Below are positions 10,293 through 24,831 of a stretch of DNA of 64,000 nucleotides, piece after piece. How positions within the stretch are numbered: the stretch's first letter is position 1; each line of letters opens with the position of its first letter. Origin of the DNA: Octopus sinensis (lineage: Eukaryota); contig NC_043024.1 in NCBI RefSeq assembly GCF_006345805.1, forward strand, positions 13,082,001-13,146,000. The letters are read 5' to 3'. The position numbers were made by a program, and so were the translations under genes. The notes under the pieces were generated by a model. It searched no databases. It saw only the letters and a program-made list of their open reading frames with translations, and had not been told where the DNA came from.

Positions 10293-13032
10293 ACACGGAC
10301 GGAGCGGCCCGGTAAAATTCAGGCTACGTACGTTTCCCAGCTGTCCGATCCTCTAGTGTAACAATTACTCAACGCAGAGTACTGAGCTATCCATTGATCC
10401 GATGGGTAGCTAGTTGAGTACACCTCGTTGAGTTATTATTACATCCGGGAATATGCTTGCTAAGAAATAATTTTAGCCTGAATTTTACTTACTCCATTCT
10501 CTCAATTTCGATATAGGAAAAGGCTACAACCCTCGCAAATAAATCATTCTTCCTGAATGTTGTTACTACATGATGGTGGTTGATGTAGTAACACACCCGA
10601 AACATCAGAAGTTCCTAACATATTTTTGATGGGGGCAATTATTCATTTCTTATTATAACTTAGACATAGAAGTACTTAATAATAATGGCGAGTATCATCG
10701 TTTAAATATTGTGTTCAATGGCCATCTTATATTGATAGAAGGAAGGAAATATTTCCTAGTTTTACCATACCACTATTTACACCTATGTGCGTGTGTGAAC
10801 ATGTGTGTGTGTGTGTGTGTGTTCGCATGTGTGTTTGTGTGTACATGAAGGTAGCGTAAAGCAAATACACATAGGAAGTATACGAATAACAAATGCTTGT
10901 GAATACATAAAATGCCCTGTAACAACTTGATAGTGAAAACAGTGAAGGAATAGTTAGACATCAGACAGACAGATAGATATATGGGTTGGTAGATAGATAG
11001 ATAGAAAGATAAATAGATATATAGATAGATAGATAAAGTGAGGGAGGGAATGATATATATTGAGTGTAAATGAGTTGAGAATGTATCAAAATTATTGGTT
11101 AATGTTTTCAAGAGAAAGATGATTAAAGAGTGTGTGTCTGTTGCATGAGGTATTATTGACGCAAGGTGAAATATTTGGGTGAAGTGCAGTTGAAAATGAT
11201 GAGCGTTCTCTGGAAATAAATCACATTTATAAATGAAGGCTCCCACATCGGGGGCCTTTCATTAAAGCTGGCATACAGCCTACAGATTTTGGAAATTTAT
11301 TCCGATTCCCCGTCAGATGGTCTTCTATTAGGTAGTTAAGTATTATTTCCACTTGGCTAATCTTTTAAGCAAGCATTTCCTTCTGGAATAATCAGAATTT
11401 TGGCAACATTGGTGACGTTAAACAACCTATGGATATGAATATTGAGAAGCTAATTAAAGAAATAATTTTAGCGTTATTAAGAATAGATCGAATCCCGCTT
11501 AATTCGATTTCGACTTTGATACATCTGAGGTGTGTGTGTGTGTGTGTGTGTGCGTATACACAGGCATAAATCTTACGAATGAAATCAGAGTGCTCAATAC
11601 ATATAGATGAAATAGCTTTACGTTTTTCTTGAAAGTGAAAGTAGAGTCGAGAGACTGTCAGTCCCACTTTCAAGAAAAAAAATCATGATACAAACTTTAA
11701 AAAAAAATGGAAGAATATTAAAAACCGTATGAAACAAATCTTATGCACAGACCACATCGTTCTTTTTAAATATGTATATCTCTAAAATATTCGTGTAATT
11801 CTGCGTTTGAAGTTACTTTTCTCATAATTGATAACATTTAATTTACGAAAATCTGTCCTAATATAAATATCCTTAGATATAAAAATCTGACTATAATTTC
11901 CAATTGGAATCGTTTCCTAATTTATGCAAATATACATTGCTACAAATGGCGTCGCAGATGTTTACGTCAGAACGCAAATAAGGATTTATTGATGATACAA
12001 ATTTTATATGGAACAAAATTTATATCACCTACAGCTAATGAAAAAGGACTAGAAATGTAATACATCTACCTCTCAGTATGAGAGTCATCGGAAAATGGAC
12101 CCATATTTCCCCACTTTTTCCTTCACATTGCCTGAGTATACTCGTGGCTCTGATATCGTTCAAGAATTTTCTTCAAAGAAATGTTCTATTGTTTCGAATT
12201 TATAACGATGATGCAAGCTTCCCAACGGCAGTGTATTTTCGTATCTAACTACGACGTGTTGTTGATTTTAACCGCGTAGGAATTTAAATTCATATCTTCT
12301 CTCTCTGTTTCAAAAGAATCTTCAATATAAAAGTTTAAAAAAAAAACAAACAGAAATTATCTGTTTCTCTTGCGGAATCTTAAGATATCTCAGTGTCTCC
12401 CCATCAAATGCGTTAAGAAGTCTACAGAAAAAATAGAAAATAGTAAAAAGAAAATTCATTTGTTTTTCCCACCGAGCCACTGTCTCTAACACAGAGCAGA
12501 GTTTTTACTACATTTAACCATTGGACTCCGGCTATGAATGTTTCACCACGTTCAAAAGCTTCTCATCGATCAAATCTACCCAAGTAGTTCTTTCAGCCTC
12601 TTATCTATTCTTATCGATCTATATTCGATCGATGCCGTATTTACACTGCAGGTTGAATTCAAACAGCACTGCTCTTTCGACGATATTATTAATGGCTTCT
12701 GATAGTTCGATGCTCTCTCATGCTTGTCTTCAACACTCTCCTTGCTCTTCTTACAATAACTTGTATTTTATATTATATCAGGTGAGATAAAATCATGAAT
12801 TTCCATTGGTGTCCCTTTGAGTAACAGCTCAGTGTTTTAATAAGATAATTGCGTCTATTCATTACACAAACACACAGACCGACACACAGACAGTCACAGA
12901 GTGTATGTGTGTTTGAAATGGTGAACAGATGTTGTATATTGAGTAAAAGGAGGCATTTAGAATTACCAGTAAATCATTATTAGCGTTTTCATTCGTTTAA
13001 TCGAACTCTCAAGACAAAAAGTAGAACGAAAA

Positions 13033-13402
13033 GTGGCTGTGTAGTAAGTAGCTTGTTTACCAACCACGTGGCACCTTGGGCAAGTGTCTTCTACTATAGC
13101 CTCGGGCCGACCAAAGCCTTGTGAGTGGATTTGGCAGACGGAAACTGAAAGAAGCCTGTCGTATATATATATATATATATATATATATGCGTGTGTGTGT
13201 TAGTGTGTCTGTGTTTGTCCCCCTAGCATTGCTTGACAACCTATGCTGGTGTGTTTATGTCCCCGGTACTTAGCGGTTCGGCAGAAGAGACCAATAGAAT
13301 AAGTACTGGGCTTACAAAAGAATAAGTCCCGGGGTCGAGTTGCTCGATTAAAGGAGGTGCTCCAGCATGGCTGCAGTCAAATGACTGAAACAAGTAAAAG
13401 AG
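13033..13402 (+). mobile_element. SINE family B, near full length (CORE-like ccttgggcaagt segment)
   Basis: gtggctgtgtagtaagtagcttg head, ggcaccttgggcaagtgtcttctac, tail atgactgaaacaagtaaaagag. Confidence 0.9.
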
Positions 13403-13408
13403 TATATA

Positions 13409-13425
<17 letters not shown>

Positions 13426-13440
<15 letters not shown>

Positions 13441-13715
13441 AAACATTGTGTACAGTGCTCAGGTGCACTACAACTCATCGAAAGTGTATATATAATCAGG
13501 TGTAGTTTCGACGGATTTCGGAAAGCATGAGGGCCTTAAAGGATGCAGTGTCATGGCAGTGAACCACTGATGCAGGCAGTTTATTCCATGCTTCAGCAAC
13601 TCTGAGTGTGAAGAAATGTTTCCGAAAGTCATGGGAGCTGTGTTGTTTTCTGACTTTGTAGGCATGTCCACGTGTGTTAGACACATGAAGATCAAAAAGG
13701 TGTTCAGTGTTGTTA
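13426..13715 (-). mobile_element. CR1-clade LINE 3' end
   Basis: SNTRGHAYKVRKQHSSHDFRKHFFTLRVAEAWNKLPASVV: the TRGH..K...FF..RV...WN.LP C-terminal motif of CR1/L2 ORF2; (TTA)n tail. Confidence 0.85.
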
Positions 13716-14169
13716 TTATATATATATATATATATATGTGAGAGCACTTGTCCAAATTGCCACACAGCTGGACTGAACCTTGAACTATGCGGATGGAGAG
13801 CAAGCTTCTACCATTACTCAACCGTATGCATGGTATATGTGTGTGTATATATATATTAAGTTGAATCCCACTTCATGGATGAAATAAAACACCGTTTCAT
13901 TTAATTTTAAGTCTGGTTTCATGTAACTATTCGGACTGTAACAGAAATAGGAAATACGAGAGTCTATTTCATGTTATGACAACATAGAGAAGATGAATAA
14001 TGTATGTGAGTGTGTGTACGAGTGTGTGAGGTTGCATATATATATATATATTTTTTTTTATAGTACAAAGTAAGATAGGGGTTATGGTGTAAAATGAATA
14101 AATAAGCCAACATTATAATATCCGTAAGTTGATGAACAAACTAAATTTGTTTCTCCATTTCCTTATTTG

Positions 14170-14577
14170 TATTATATAATATTATATATATATATATATA
14201 TATATAGATATATATATATATAGATATATATATATAATATATTATATTATATATATATATAATATTATATATATATATATATATTATATTATATATATAA
14301 TATATTATATATATTATATATATATATATCATATATATATATATATAGATATATATATATATATATCATATATATATATATTATATTATATCATATATAT
14401 ATATATTATATTATATATATTATATCATATATATATATATTATATATATATCATATATATAATATATTATATTATATATATATATATATATATATAATAT
14501 ATTATATTATATATCATATATATATATATATATTATATATATATATTATATATATTATATATATATATATATATTTA
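14170..14577. repeat. ~400 bp (TA)n-rich tract
   Basis: Direct reading. Confidence 0.95.
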
Positions 14578-15036
14578 TGAATAATTTCAACAAAAAGACA
14601 GTAGACTATGTTAAAATAACTATGGTTCTAAAAGTATCAAGAACAATAATACCGTTGAGGCTGCTATTAATAAGGTGGCTATTGTAAGTATTTCAGTTGG
14701 TATGTGATCGAAGTAAGTAAACATTTACCTTTTCTGAATAGATGAAGATGTGATAAAGAGTAATTACTTCCACGGTAATAAATAGTGAACAGCAATAAAG
14801 AATATGGCGGATAAAAATTATAACAAAATGAAGACATCTTAATTTGCATCGAATTTAAAGAAAGTATGGAGCAGAACATTTATTCAGATGTTAGCCAAGT
14901 TTTCAGTAATGCAAAACTTGTTGAATAGCTGAATAGACAGAGAGAATTGAATCCATTATAATATTGTAGAAAAGTGGGCATAGCACCAGTTTTATATAAC
15001 ATAGTTATTGAGTAATTGGGCAACAGCCAGATATAC

Positions 15037-15081
<45 letters not shown>

Positions 15082-15314
15082 TATATATATATATAGGGGG
15101 GTATTGAATAATTTAACAACGTAAATGAATTCAATTTAATCTGAATAGTTAAAAGAAGGCCTTTTTATTTTATTATTTATGAACGTTGAAATTAGCCATG
15201 ACGTTGCAAATTAGATCCAGCCTTTTTTCCTTTTAATGAAAATACATTTTGATATACGAGATATAGAACATATCAACCCTGTAGTAAATCCGTGGATAAA
15301 TAAAAAAAAAAAAA

Positions 15315-15500
15315 CCTTTCTTCTATTGGCACAAGGCCTGACATTTTTGGGTCGGGTGTGATAAATCGACCGAAGTGCTCATTTGTTATTTTGTTGACCC
15401 CGAAATGAAAAAAAGTCAAAGTCGACCTCGGTGGAATTTGAAATCAGATCGTAAAATGCTAAGCATCTTCTCCGGCGTAAACAGTCCGTGATTTGCTTCT
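15315..15500 (-). mobile_element. SINE family A, degenerate
   Basis: caaagtcgacctcggtggaatttgaaatcaga core. Confidence 0.7.
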
Positions 15501-15748
15501 TAAAAATAGAATATGATAAATATTTGATATGTTACATACACGCATATTTGTGCAAGTGTGTGTGTGTGTGTGTGTGTATTTTGCCAATTCTAATTTCTGT
15601 TCAACATTTTCCATTTCCGTCAACAGGTTTCATGCAATTGTTTCCTAATATTACTTCATATAATTTGAATATTTTACACAGAATTTGCGAAAATTGAAAC
15701 TAATGTTAGTGGCAAGGACAGATAGGTTGGTAATATTGTGTGAGAGAA

Positions 15749-16162
15749 GGGCGGTGAGCTGATAAACTCGTTAGCACGCCGGGTGAAATGCTTAGCGGCA
15801 TTTCGTCTGCCGTTACCTTCTGAGTTCAAATTCCGCCGAGGTCGACTTTGCCTTTCATCTTTTCGGGGTCGATTAAATACGTTACACACTGGAGTCGATA
15901 TAATCGACTTAATCCGTTTGTCTGTCCCTCTTTGTCCTCTCTGTGTTTAGCCCCTTGTAGTAGTAAAGAAATAGATATTTCGTCTGTCCTTACGTTCTGA
16001 GTTCAAATTCCGCCAAGGTCGATATTACCTTTCAATCTTTCCGGGGTCGATTAAAAAAATACCAGTTACCCACTGGGGTCGATGTAATCAACTTAATCCC
16101 TTTGTCTGTCCTTGTTTGTCCAATCTATGCTTGGCCCCCGCCCTGTGGGCAATAAAGAGATG
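15749..16162 (+). mobile_element. SINE family A, head-to-tail dimer with probable TSD aatattgtgtg
   Basis: ggcggtgagctg...gagttcaaattcc (A/B boxes); second unit starts after aaagaaatag. Confidence 0.9.
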
Positions 16163-16224
16163 AATATTGTGTGCAAGAAAGAGACTTGCTTAAATGGTTC
16201 GAAATGAGTATTATGTTATCAGTT

Positions 16225-16425
16225 TCAAGTTTTTGCACAAGGCCAGCAATTTCATGGAAATTGTAAGTCCATTACATCGATCCTATTGTTCCATTGGTAC
16301 TTAAATTTTATCGATCCTGACAGGATGAAAGGTAAATGGAACCTCGACGGTATTTGAAGTAAGAACATAATGTCGATCACAATTTACCTGGCGCGATAAC
16401 GATTCTGCCAGCTCCTCATCTTGGC
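16225..16425 (-). mobile_element. SINE family A, old degenerate copy
   Basis: ttatcgatcctgacaggatgaaagg...aacgattctgccagctc. Confidence 0.65.
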
Positions 16426-17009
16426 TACTCTGAACATTGTTGTTGCTGTTTTATTTGTTGTTTTAGCCTCGTGTTAGCCAGAAACCAGCTGATGTGGAAC
16501 GAATGTATTCCAATGCTTAATTTTTCGTTCGAGAATAATAACCCTTATAACGATTTTCAGGGCATTAGTATTTAAAATATAAACCAACTGAGAAGCACAA
16601 TAGTGTTTTCCATGAGAACAATCTGAATATAATAGCTATTCAGAAATGACTTCTAGTCTTTTCTTTTTTTTCTAAGACGGAGTTCGGTTCATTTAAATAA
16701 ATAAATAAATAAAAAAAAGTCCCATACATTAAAGTACAAACTGAATCTCTTATTTTAGTGTCACTGCAGAGGTGACAAACATAGATATAAACACACAGTA
16801 ACTGTGTGTGTGGCTGCGTGCATGCTTTAAGTTCGTTTTAAGTTCAAACAATGCAAATCATACGAACGAACAAGTCAACACAGACCAGGTCTCCGAAGAT
16901 TTCCTAATGAAAGGTCCCTAACCCGACATTATTGAAACACAAGCTAAAAGTACAAACCATCAATTTGTATTATTTGTTATGACTAGATATTTTTGGCTGA
17001 TAGGTGTGC

Positions 17010-17042
<33 letters not shown>

Positions 17043-17104
17043 AATATATATATACATACATACATACACACACAGGGATATATATATAATATATATATAT
17101 ATAT

Positions 17105-17305
17105 AAAGGGAACGTTTACGAAAAAAAAAGACGGAGACAGGTGGTGTACAAAACAAACAGATGTATTAGTTTAACGCTCAGGAATAGAAAAAGTATTTTA
17201 CGTTTCGAGCCTACCTTCTTCTACAGAAAGGAACACAGAAAAAACAAGGAGAGAAAAAATTGTGAGTAGTGGCTAACGATCTATCATGGCGTCTGACTCG
17301 GACAA
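17105..17305 (-). mobile_element. Non-autonomous PLE-like element (family H) in (TA)n with HHR-like motif at 17194-17231
   Basis: Shares acaaacagatgtattag...ttacgtttcgagcctac...cagaaag with the copies at 33555, 45295 and 53880. Confidence 0.7.
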
Positions 17306-17793
17306 TATATATATATGTGTATATATACACGGACATACAAACATACATAGACACACACAAACAAATATGCATTCATAAGTACAAATATACAGACGCACGC
17401 ACATACACATAAACATTTCTACTAATAGAGACCAGCTTCAGTTTCATATATGTCATGTGAAAAACATGTCCCTATTTAAATCTATTAAGGATATTCTCAA
17501 TTCTTCATTCGTTAAACATATTTAGTTTGGCGCGGTAGCGTTTCCAAATTCATTAGTTTATTGATGTGTCAGTACCTTTTACAGAATCTTTATCAGAGCG
17601 AGACGCTAGGTAATAATGGCGTGTTGATCGCTTCTTTTGCTTTAGGCCAAAACGTAACGTGGGAATAGAGTTCTGTCTGAAGAACAGATTTAACAATTGT
17701 ACAATGGAAACTCCTCATAGAGGCCAACATTTATTTTCGCATACTGCACCGTTGTTGATTTATAATTTGATTCAGATTATATATTGGTGTGTT

Positions 17794-17824
<31 letters not shown>

Positions 17825-17831
<7 letters not shown>

Positions 17832-18086
17832 TCACTTATTGACTAATGCTGTCATGCTGGAGCACCATTTTAATCAAACAAATCAACCCCACGACTTTTT
17901 CTTTGTAAGCCTAGTACTTATTCTATCAGTGTCTTTTGCCGAAACGCTAAGTTACGGGGACATAAACACAGCAACATCGGTTGTTAAGCTATGGTGTGGG
18001 ACAAACACAGACACACGAACACACATATATGTATTTGTATATATATATATATATATGTATATGTGTGTGTGTGTGTGTGTGTATAC

Positions 18087-18126
<40 letters not shown>

Positions 18127-18445
18127 GTGTGTGTGTGTGTATACATATGTATATATATATATATATATTATATATGTTGTGTGTGTGTGTGTGTGTATAC
18201 ATATGTATATATATATATATATGTATATGTGTGTGTGTGTGTATACATATGTATATATATATATATTATATATATATATATATACATACACGACAGGCGT
18301 CTTTCAGTTTCCGTCTATCAAATATATTCACAAGGCTTTGGTCGGGGCGAGGCCATAGTAGACTTCAAGGTGCCACGTAGTGGGATTGAACCCGGAACCA
18401 TGAGGTCATTAAGCAAGCTACTAACCACACAAGGACTCCTGTGCC
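17825..18445 (-). mobile_element. SINE family B with expanded internal microsatellite
   Basis: Both conserved halves present, separated by ~270 bp of TA/TG repeats. Confidence 0.85.
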
Positions 18446-18457
18446 TATATATATATA

Positions 18458-18504
<47 letters not shown>

Positions 18505-18537
18505 CGTGTGTATGTGTGTGCGTGCGTGCGTGTGTTG

Positions 18538-18925
18538 GTCATCACTTAAACATGGCTGTTCCCTAGGAGCCGAGGTTACTGTTATATCTAACACCAAGAG
18601 GACGCCTCCTTCAGCTCGTAATTCGATACACTCTGCATCCAATTAATATTCCAAAGAGACTAGTGAACCCTTACCATCTTATAACCATGAGACTGAACTT
18701 TATCATTCCGACCACTCTGAGATCATCCTCCGAGGTGGATGCTCGTTGAAACAGTACGGTCTGGTGGTTTCGAGGCTAGATTGTAAGGGTTTCTCTCCGT
18801 TGCTTGCAATATATATATATATTGGATGCAGTTTGCATTGAATAACCAGCAAGTGGACGCATCCTACTTGGGTTAAATATAGCAGTGACTTAGATTCCCA
18901 CCGAACAGCCATGTCTAAGTGGCGA
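18538..18925. mobile_element. MITE-like element with ~70 bp imperfect terminal inverted repeats
   Basis: cacttaaacatggctgttc...ccaagaggacgcctcc versus ggacgcatcctacttgg...gaacagccatgtctaagtg. Confidence 0.6.
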
Positions 18926-19265
18926 TAAAAATAACTACTCAGTATAGCTACCGCTTACGTCGCTTATTGAGATTTTGTACGTCATATATATATATATATA
19001 TGCACATCTTTGTGTGAATCTTATCTCTGCATATATACCTATGTTTATATATATATATGCATATATATATATATATCTATATATCTATATATACATAAAT
19101 AAGAGATAGACATATTTACACACATACATATATAAACATATTTATACACATACTGATATATATATATATATATACATATATACATGCATACGTACGTACA
19201 ATCATATATGTATGTAGCTAGGTGTGCAGGTAGGTATGTAGATATATGCATATAAAGAGCCAGAC

Positions 19266-19343
<78 letters not shown>

Positions 19344-21164
19344 TGCACAAAGATGCATATATGTTATAAACAGATAGAAAGATGGAGTGAGAGAGAGAGA
19401 GGGAGAGAGAGAGAGAACGACAGACGGACAGACAGAGAAACACACCTCTTGTTGATCTAGGTAAGAAGATGTTTTTCAATGCTGCAGACAGCCTATCTGT
19501 GTTAGAATATATTAGCCGTGTTATGAAGCGTTACCTTTACTTTCATGTTTCGTTCAAAAAAATGTGAATAGAAACCGCTTCAATGTAAATGAAGCATCAA
19601 TATATATATATATATATACATATATACATACACATATATGTGTACATATATACACGCATACCCACTCATATATGGATTTGTGTATGTGCGTATGTGTTTG
19701 GAACGATTTTTGGCTGTGTGCTGTTATCATTAATCGATAGATAATCCCCCACCATCACACGTATACCATATACCAGCCGTTTTACTGTCCTTCCCGTTTA
19801 ATTGGAATTATAGCAATAGACACGAACTATACACCGCCAAAGTCACTACACCCTTCCACTTCACACGCAGCCACCACCCGGCTACGCGTACAGGTACACA
19901 CCCACATTACAATCTTTGTTATGATATGACGGCTGTGCGCAGGCGTCAGATTCATTCCACAACACTTTGAGCAAGTATTTTTTTCTTTTCTCCCATTGCC
20001 TCAGGTTAACTTAATTCTGGAACAAGAAATGGGACTGACAGAACCTCTCTCCGTGCCTCTGTGTTCGAGAGTGTGTGTGTGTGTGTGTTTGTGTGTGATG
20101 TGTGTGGGTGTATGAACGTGTATGAGTGCGACAGTATTAATGTGTGTGTAAAGAAAGTGTGTGGTGTCTTTTGGCGGGAATATGTTACCTGTATACTTTA
20201 TTTGTAAGTTTGATTAGATAATCATATGTTGTTAGATTACATCGACACCCTTAATTTGTGGCGGGTGGATTCTTATGTGTGAAATTCAAGCTTACGGGTA
20301 GATCTCCAAACTGTCTGTCAAATGGTGATAAATAGCACAGATACCAATCTCTAAGAACAGTTCAGTGCTTTAGGACGTATTGTACAAAATGTTCGTGAAT
20401 AAAAATTCAACCTTGGGGCTCAGGCCAGGAACCCCTTTTAATACAACCCTAATCAAAATCGAAATTTCTTTCAACAACAACGACTGCAACAACAATAACA
20501 TGAACGACAGGAACGCAACAGAGAGTTGAGCTGTCACAAAAAGCTTGACATTCCGTGACGGTATCGATTTTGCTGTCAGACGGTTTTCGAAATCTATGCT
20601 CTTCCATCGGCAGGGATAAAGCGCAACGTCCCACACTAAAACCTATTTCACACTCTCGCAAGCACTCACACAGAAACAAGCACGCACATACATTAATACA
20701 TATATATATACTCGCACACATAGACACACAAGTAATCTTTCGTTCATTCCTTACAGATATGAAATGAGAGAAACTTCGATACACTCATTGATAACATACT
20801 CGGGTGTATTTAGTCGTTATCGACGCCCAGTGTCAGAAAATCACAGAACAAAATATTAAATAAAGACGTTCCATCCATGGCAGTCATGTCTTTTTTGGAG
20901 TATGTTGCATTACACCATTTTAGAAGTTCTTCCTTTTATCCTCAAAGTAGGTGTGTTTAGGAAAGATTTGGTTGCTATGTCTAGTAAAAGAAATTCCACA
21001 GACATATATTCTTGATGTGTCCTGATAAATTAAAATCCTTCAAGGAACGGCTGCAGTATGGCCGGGGCTCTCTAACGAAATCAACTTTAAGGATAAAGCA
21101 TTGGTCAGTGGGACCATGGACCGCAATTACTCCCATTCCTTCTTTGGTTCGTTCCTTCATATCT

Positions 21165-21720
21165 TTTATCTTCTATTTGTTACAGTTATTAGACTATGAC
21201 CACGCTGGAGCACCACCTTGAATAATTTTTAGCTGCATTCGTCGACGCAAAACTTATTCTCTTGCAGGCCTGGTACTTATTCTTAACGGTCACATGTGCC
21301 AAAAGGCTAGGTTACGGGGACGTAAACAAACCATCACCGGTTTCCAAACGGCGGAGGGTGACAAGCAGGGACAAAAACCACACACAAACATATCGGTCTA
21401 CTTTCAGTTTCCGAATACCAAATCCACTCACACGCCTGCGCCTTTATTATCCTGCTTTTCTTTTTACTGTAGTCATTGAATTGAGTTCACGCTGGAGTCA
21501 AACAAATCGATCCTAGTACTTACATTTTTTAAAACTTGCTACTTATACTATAGATGCTTTTGCCGAACAGCTAAGTAACGGGGACGTAAACAAACAAAGA
21601 CCGGTTGAAAAGCGGTAACGTGTGTGTGTTTGATAAACACAGATACGAGGGCTTCGGCGTAATCTCCGTCTACGTTGGTCGGATTTTGTATAAAAACACT
21701 TACTCAAGATGCAGCGCGTT
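21165..21720 (-). mobile_element. Two adjacent degenerate SINE family B copies
   Basis: gctggagcaccacc and ggggacgtaaacaaac motifs occur twice. Confidence 0.7.
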
Positions 21721-23757
21721 CTCTAACAATTTCACTGATAATAAACTGAATGAGCAGCGACGGGAAACATGTTTCAGCCATTTGTGTTTCGATTACAAAA
21801 CTGCGAACACAAATAGCGTTAAGTGTAGGGAGATTGAGATAGAAGGATGGAGGGGGGCAGTAGCGATGGTCTTTATTGTATGAGGAAATTTGTGTGAGAT
21901 GAATACGATGAATGGAGAAGTAAAATGCAGAATAGTGGTAAATATACAAGATGGGTGAGGTACGTGAAAAGAATTAAGGAGTAGAGGCTATGAGGTGAGT
22001 CGAGTATCATAACACGATGCCTGCAAAGGAGTATTCATAACTGACAAATAAACGACTCCGATTCTTTCTAAGTTATTTACTCGTTCTGTTATTTCTCCTT
22101 TTCTTAAACTGTCATCATCACAGCTCGATGCATCCATTAAATATTCCATCGCTGTCATTAACCTTCGCATATTCTTCCTTGCATTGAATTTCTTCGACGC
22201 ATTTAAATAAGTAAACCATTGAGGATACTGTATTCCGATGCCAGGGAACAAATACTAATAACAAATAAACACTGACACCGGCCAAAAGCGGTCGGTGAAA
22301 GTCAATGTTGAAAAACATTTATCTTATACCTTTACTCCAAGATGAACTTAGCTATTCATCTCTTCCACAAATCAATGAGCAAAGAGTTGTCTTTCGCCCC
22401 ACCAGAAATAGCAGCCCAATTTCCCTCAAATCCTGTTTGTTTATCTTCCAGCTCAGAGATGTACATTGTAAAATATTGTCCTAGATACACTATGCCTATA
22501 TCATGGGATTCCCTGGGAATATGAATCACTCTCTCGTTCGCACTCATTTTTACTTATTCGTTCCTGCCCTTTCTCTTCTTTCTTTACACCTTAAACTCGC
22601 TGCCTCTTTCTTCCTGTCTTTCACTCTCTCGTTCTTTCATACTGGCTCTCTTCCCCCTCTCCCTATCATTCCTTATCTTAACACTCTCCTCCCACCTCTC
22701 TCTACTCTTTCTCGTTCTTATTCTTCTTCACTTTTAAGCATTATATCTGTTCGTATCTCCCACCAAGTCCTTCCTCTGTATTTCCTTCTATATTCCTCAC
22801 TCATTCAGTGTCTATTGCTCGTAGTCTCTTTCTCCCCGACTTTCAAGCTTTATCTCTCTTTCTTTCTATATCTCTCAACGATTCTCTCTCATTCCTCGTC
22901 TATCATTTCCGCATGCAAACCAACAGACACACACACACACAAACACGCGCGCGCTCTTATTCTATTTACGACTTTAGCGTCGTTGAAATCGAACGTTCTC
23001 GTTAGATTCCTACGTTTCAAGCACATCTCAATCTTCCAACGCACTCTCGGAAGTACAAGGTTGCTTTTAGCATTTATTGCTCTTCAAATGAAACCAAGAA
23101 TTTTAACTTTCCATTATTTACCAGTTAATTTTCCGTTAAATTATGCATTTAATTCACCATTCCATCTGCTGTTTTTGGTTCTCTACAAAGAATGCTGCGA
23201 AACAAGTGGAAATTGAATTAATCTTGTGACAGCGCAAACTTAGAAGTATGCTACTTCAGAATCGCTCTGAAATATTTATGAGGTTTCACAAATTACGATA
23301 ACATGTAAATTCTTCGCAAATACATTCAACATATAAAGTTCGTAGATTCTCCAAGGCACTAAAGACGCTACAATGCAATCACTTCCATTGCTAGAAATAG
23401 CTCACAAAATTACATTCTCCCAAGCGAAATCAATAAAACATGAACTCATTTAATGTAAATATTACAAAGAGTGGAATAATAAATTTTACGTTTTGAGACA
23501 GAGAACTCTAACGCTTTGCAGAATGTTCCTTTATCAAGGAGAGGTAAAATATTCACTGGTACTCCGTTAACTTAGTGACACCTAGGCTTAAATAGACAGG
23601 ATGGTCATGTCTGGAAAGGCTTTTTATTGTATATCTAGAGAATAGGGATCACCTGTGGCTAAATTCGTTGTATTTGTATGTTTTAGTTCCTCATCAGAAT
23701 TTTCGGGACTGTGGCCAAGCCACGACATCGCTTTTGATATAATATTTCACATTAAAT

Positions 23758-23990
23758 AAGGCGGCGACCTTGCAGAATCGTTAGCACGCCGGGCGAAATG
23801 CGTAGCAGTATTTCGTCTGCTGTTACGTTCCGAGTTCAAATTCCGCCGAGGTCGACTTTGCCTTTCATCCTTTCGCGGTCGATAAATTAAGTACCAGTTA
23901 CGAACTGGGGTCGATGTAATCGACTTAACCCCTTTGTCAGTCCTTGTTTGTCCCCTCTGTGTTTAGCCCCTTGTGGGTAGTAAAGAAATA
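23758..23990 (+). mobile_element. SINE family A, full-length monomer with 22-bp target-site duplication
   Basis: TSD gatataatatttcacattaaat at 23736-23757 and 23991-24012; tRNA-like head; central gcctttcatcctttcgcggtcgataaattaagtaccag. Confidence 0.95.
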
Positions 23991-24294
23991 GATATAATAT
24001 TTCACATTAAATGGAAACATTTTGTTGTTTCAAAAGCTTAACCCAGCTTTTTCATTTCTCGAGCTGAACTGTACCATTTCATTCTGTATTGAGACACAGT
24101 CTATCCTAGTCTAGAGTCCACTATATCGTTCTTAGGTTAAAGTTTGGATCTATATTCCTTTTTAGGGGTGATGGAGATGAAGAGTACTTACATGTGTATG
24201 TGTGTATCTGCAAATGTGTGTACGTCTGGATGAATGTATATGCATAGGTATATACGGGTATCTCTGAACCTATGTGGGTGTATATATATATATA

Positions 24295-24510
24295 AAGTTA
24301 ATTCAAACAAGAAAGCACAAAAAAACACAACAACGCGAGAACGTGGAACAAATATAGTATTATTGGACGCTCAGGAAAGAAGGAAAGAAGGAGGGTTTAA
24401 CGTTTCGAGCGGAGCTCTTCGTCGGAAACATAGGAGAAGGAAAGATCCAGAGAAGGGAAGACAGAGCAAAAAAAATCGCGAACGGTACACACGAGGTCAC
24501 ATTTTGAAAT
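24295..24510 (-). mobile_element. Non-autonomous PLE-like element (family H relative) in (TA)n
   Basis: Contains the HHR motif at 24395-24429; gtattattggacgctcagga resembles family H. Confidence 0.7.
24395..24429 (-). ncRNA. Minimal type I hammerhead motif (U4C core, GUU site)
   Basis: gttt-CCGACGA-A-GAGC(TCC)GCTC-GAAA-CG-TT-aaac. Confidence 0.65.
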
Positions 24511-24529
24511 ATATATATATACAAAATTT

Positions 24530-24727
24530 AGAGGACTGACCACTAAAAGTGGACAGCCTATATGCTAAACATAGACGTCAAATCGCCGTTACCACGAAGA
24601 ATGTGTTCTCAAGAAAAATCCCAGCAAAAAACGAAAATGTAAAAATAAGCAAGGCAAATGAAAATATACGAAATAAAAAAACCATTACCTATTAATATCA
24701 ATTTCTACCCTTATTTAATTTTAAATA
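24530..24727 (-). mobile_element. Internally deleted relative of the 53265-53865 element
   Basis: Shares gtggacag...atgcta..atagacgtcaaatcgcc...tgttctcaa and taatatcaattt(c/t)taccctta. Strand assigned from the HHR in the longer copy. Confidence 0.65.
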
Positions 24728-24796
24728 TATATATATATATATTTAATGTAGGATAAAAGTTTTTCGAAAAAAATTCTTATCAATGGCCAGCATAAG

Positions 24797-24831
<35 letters not shown>

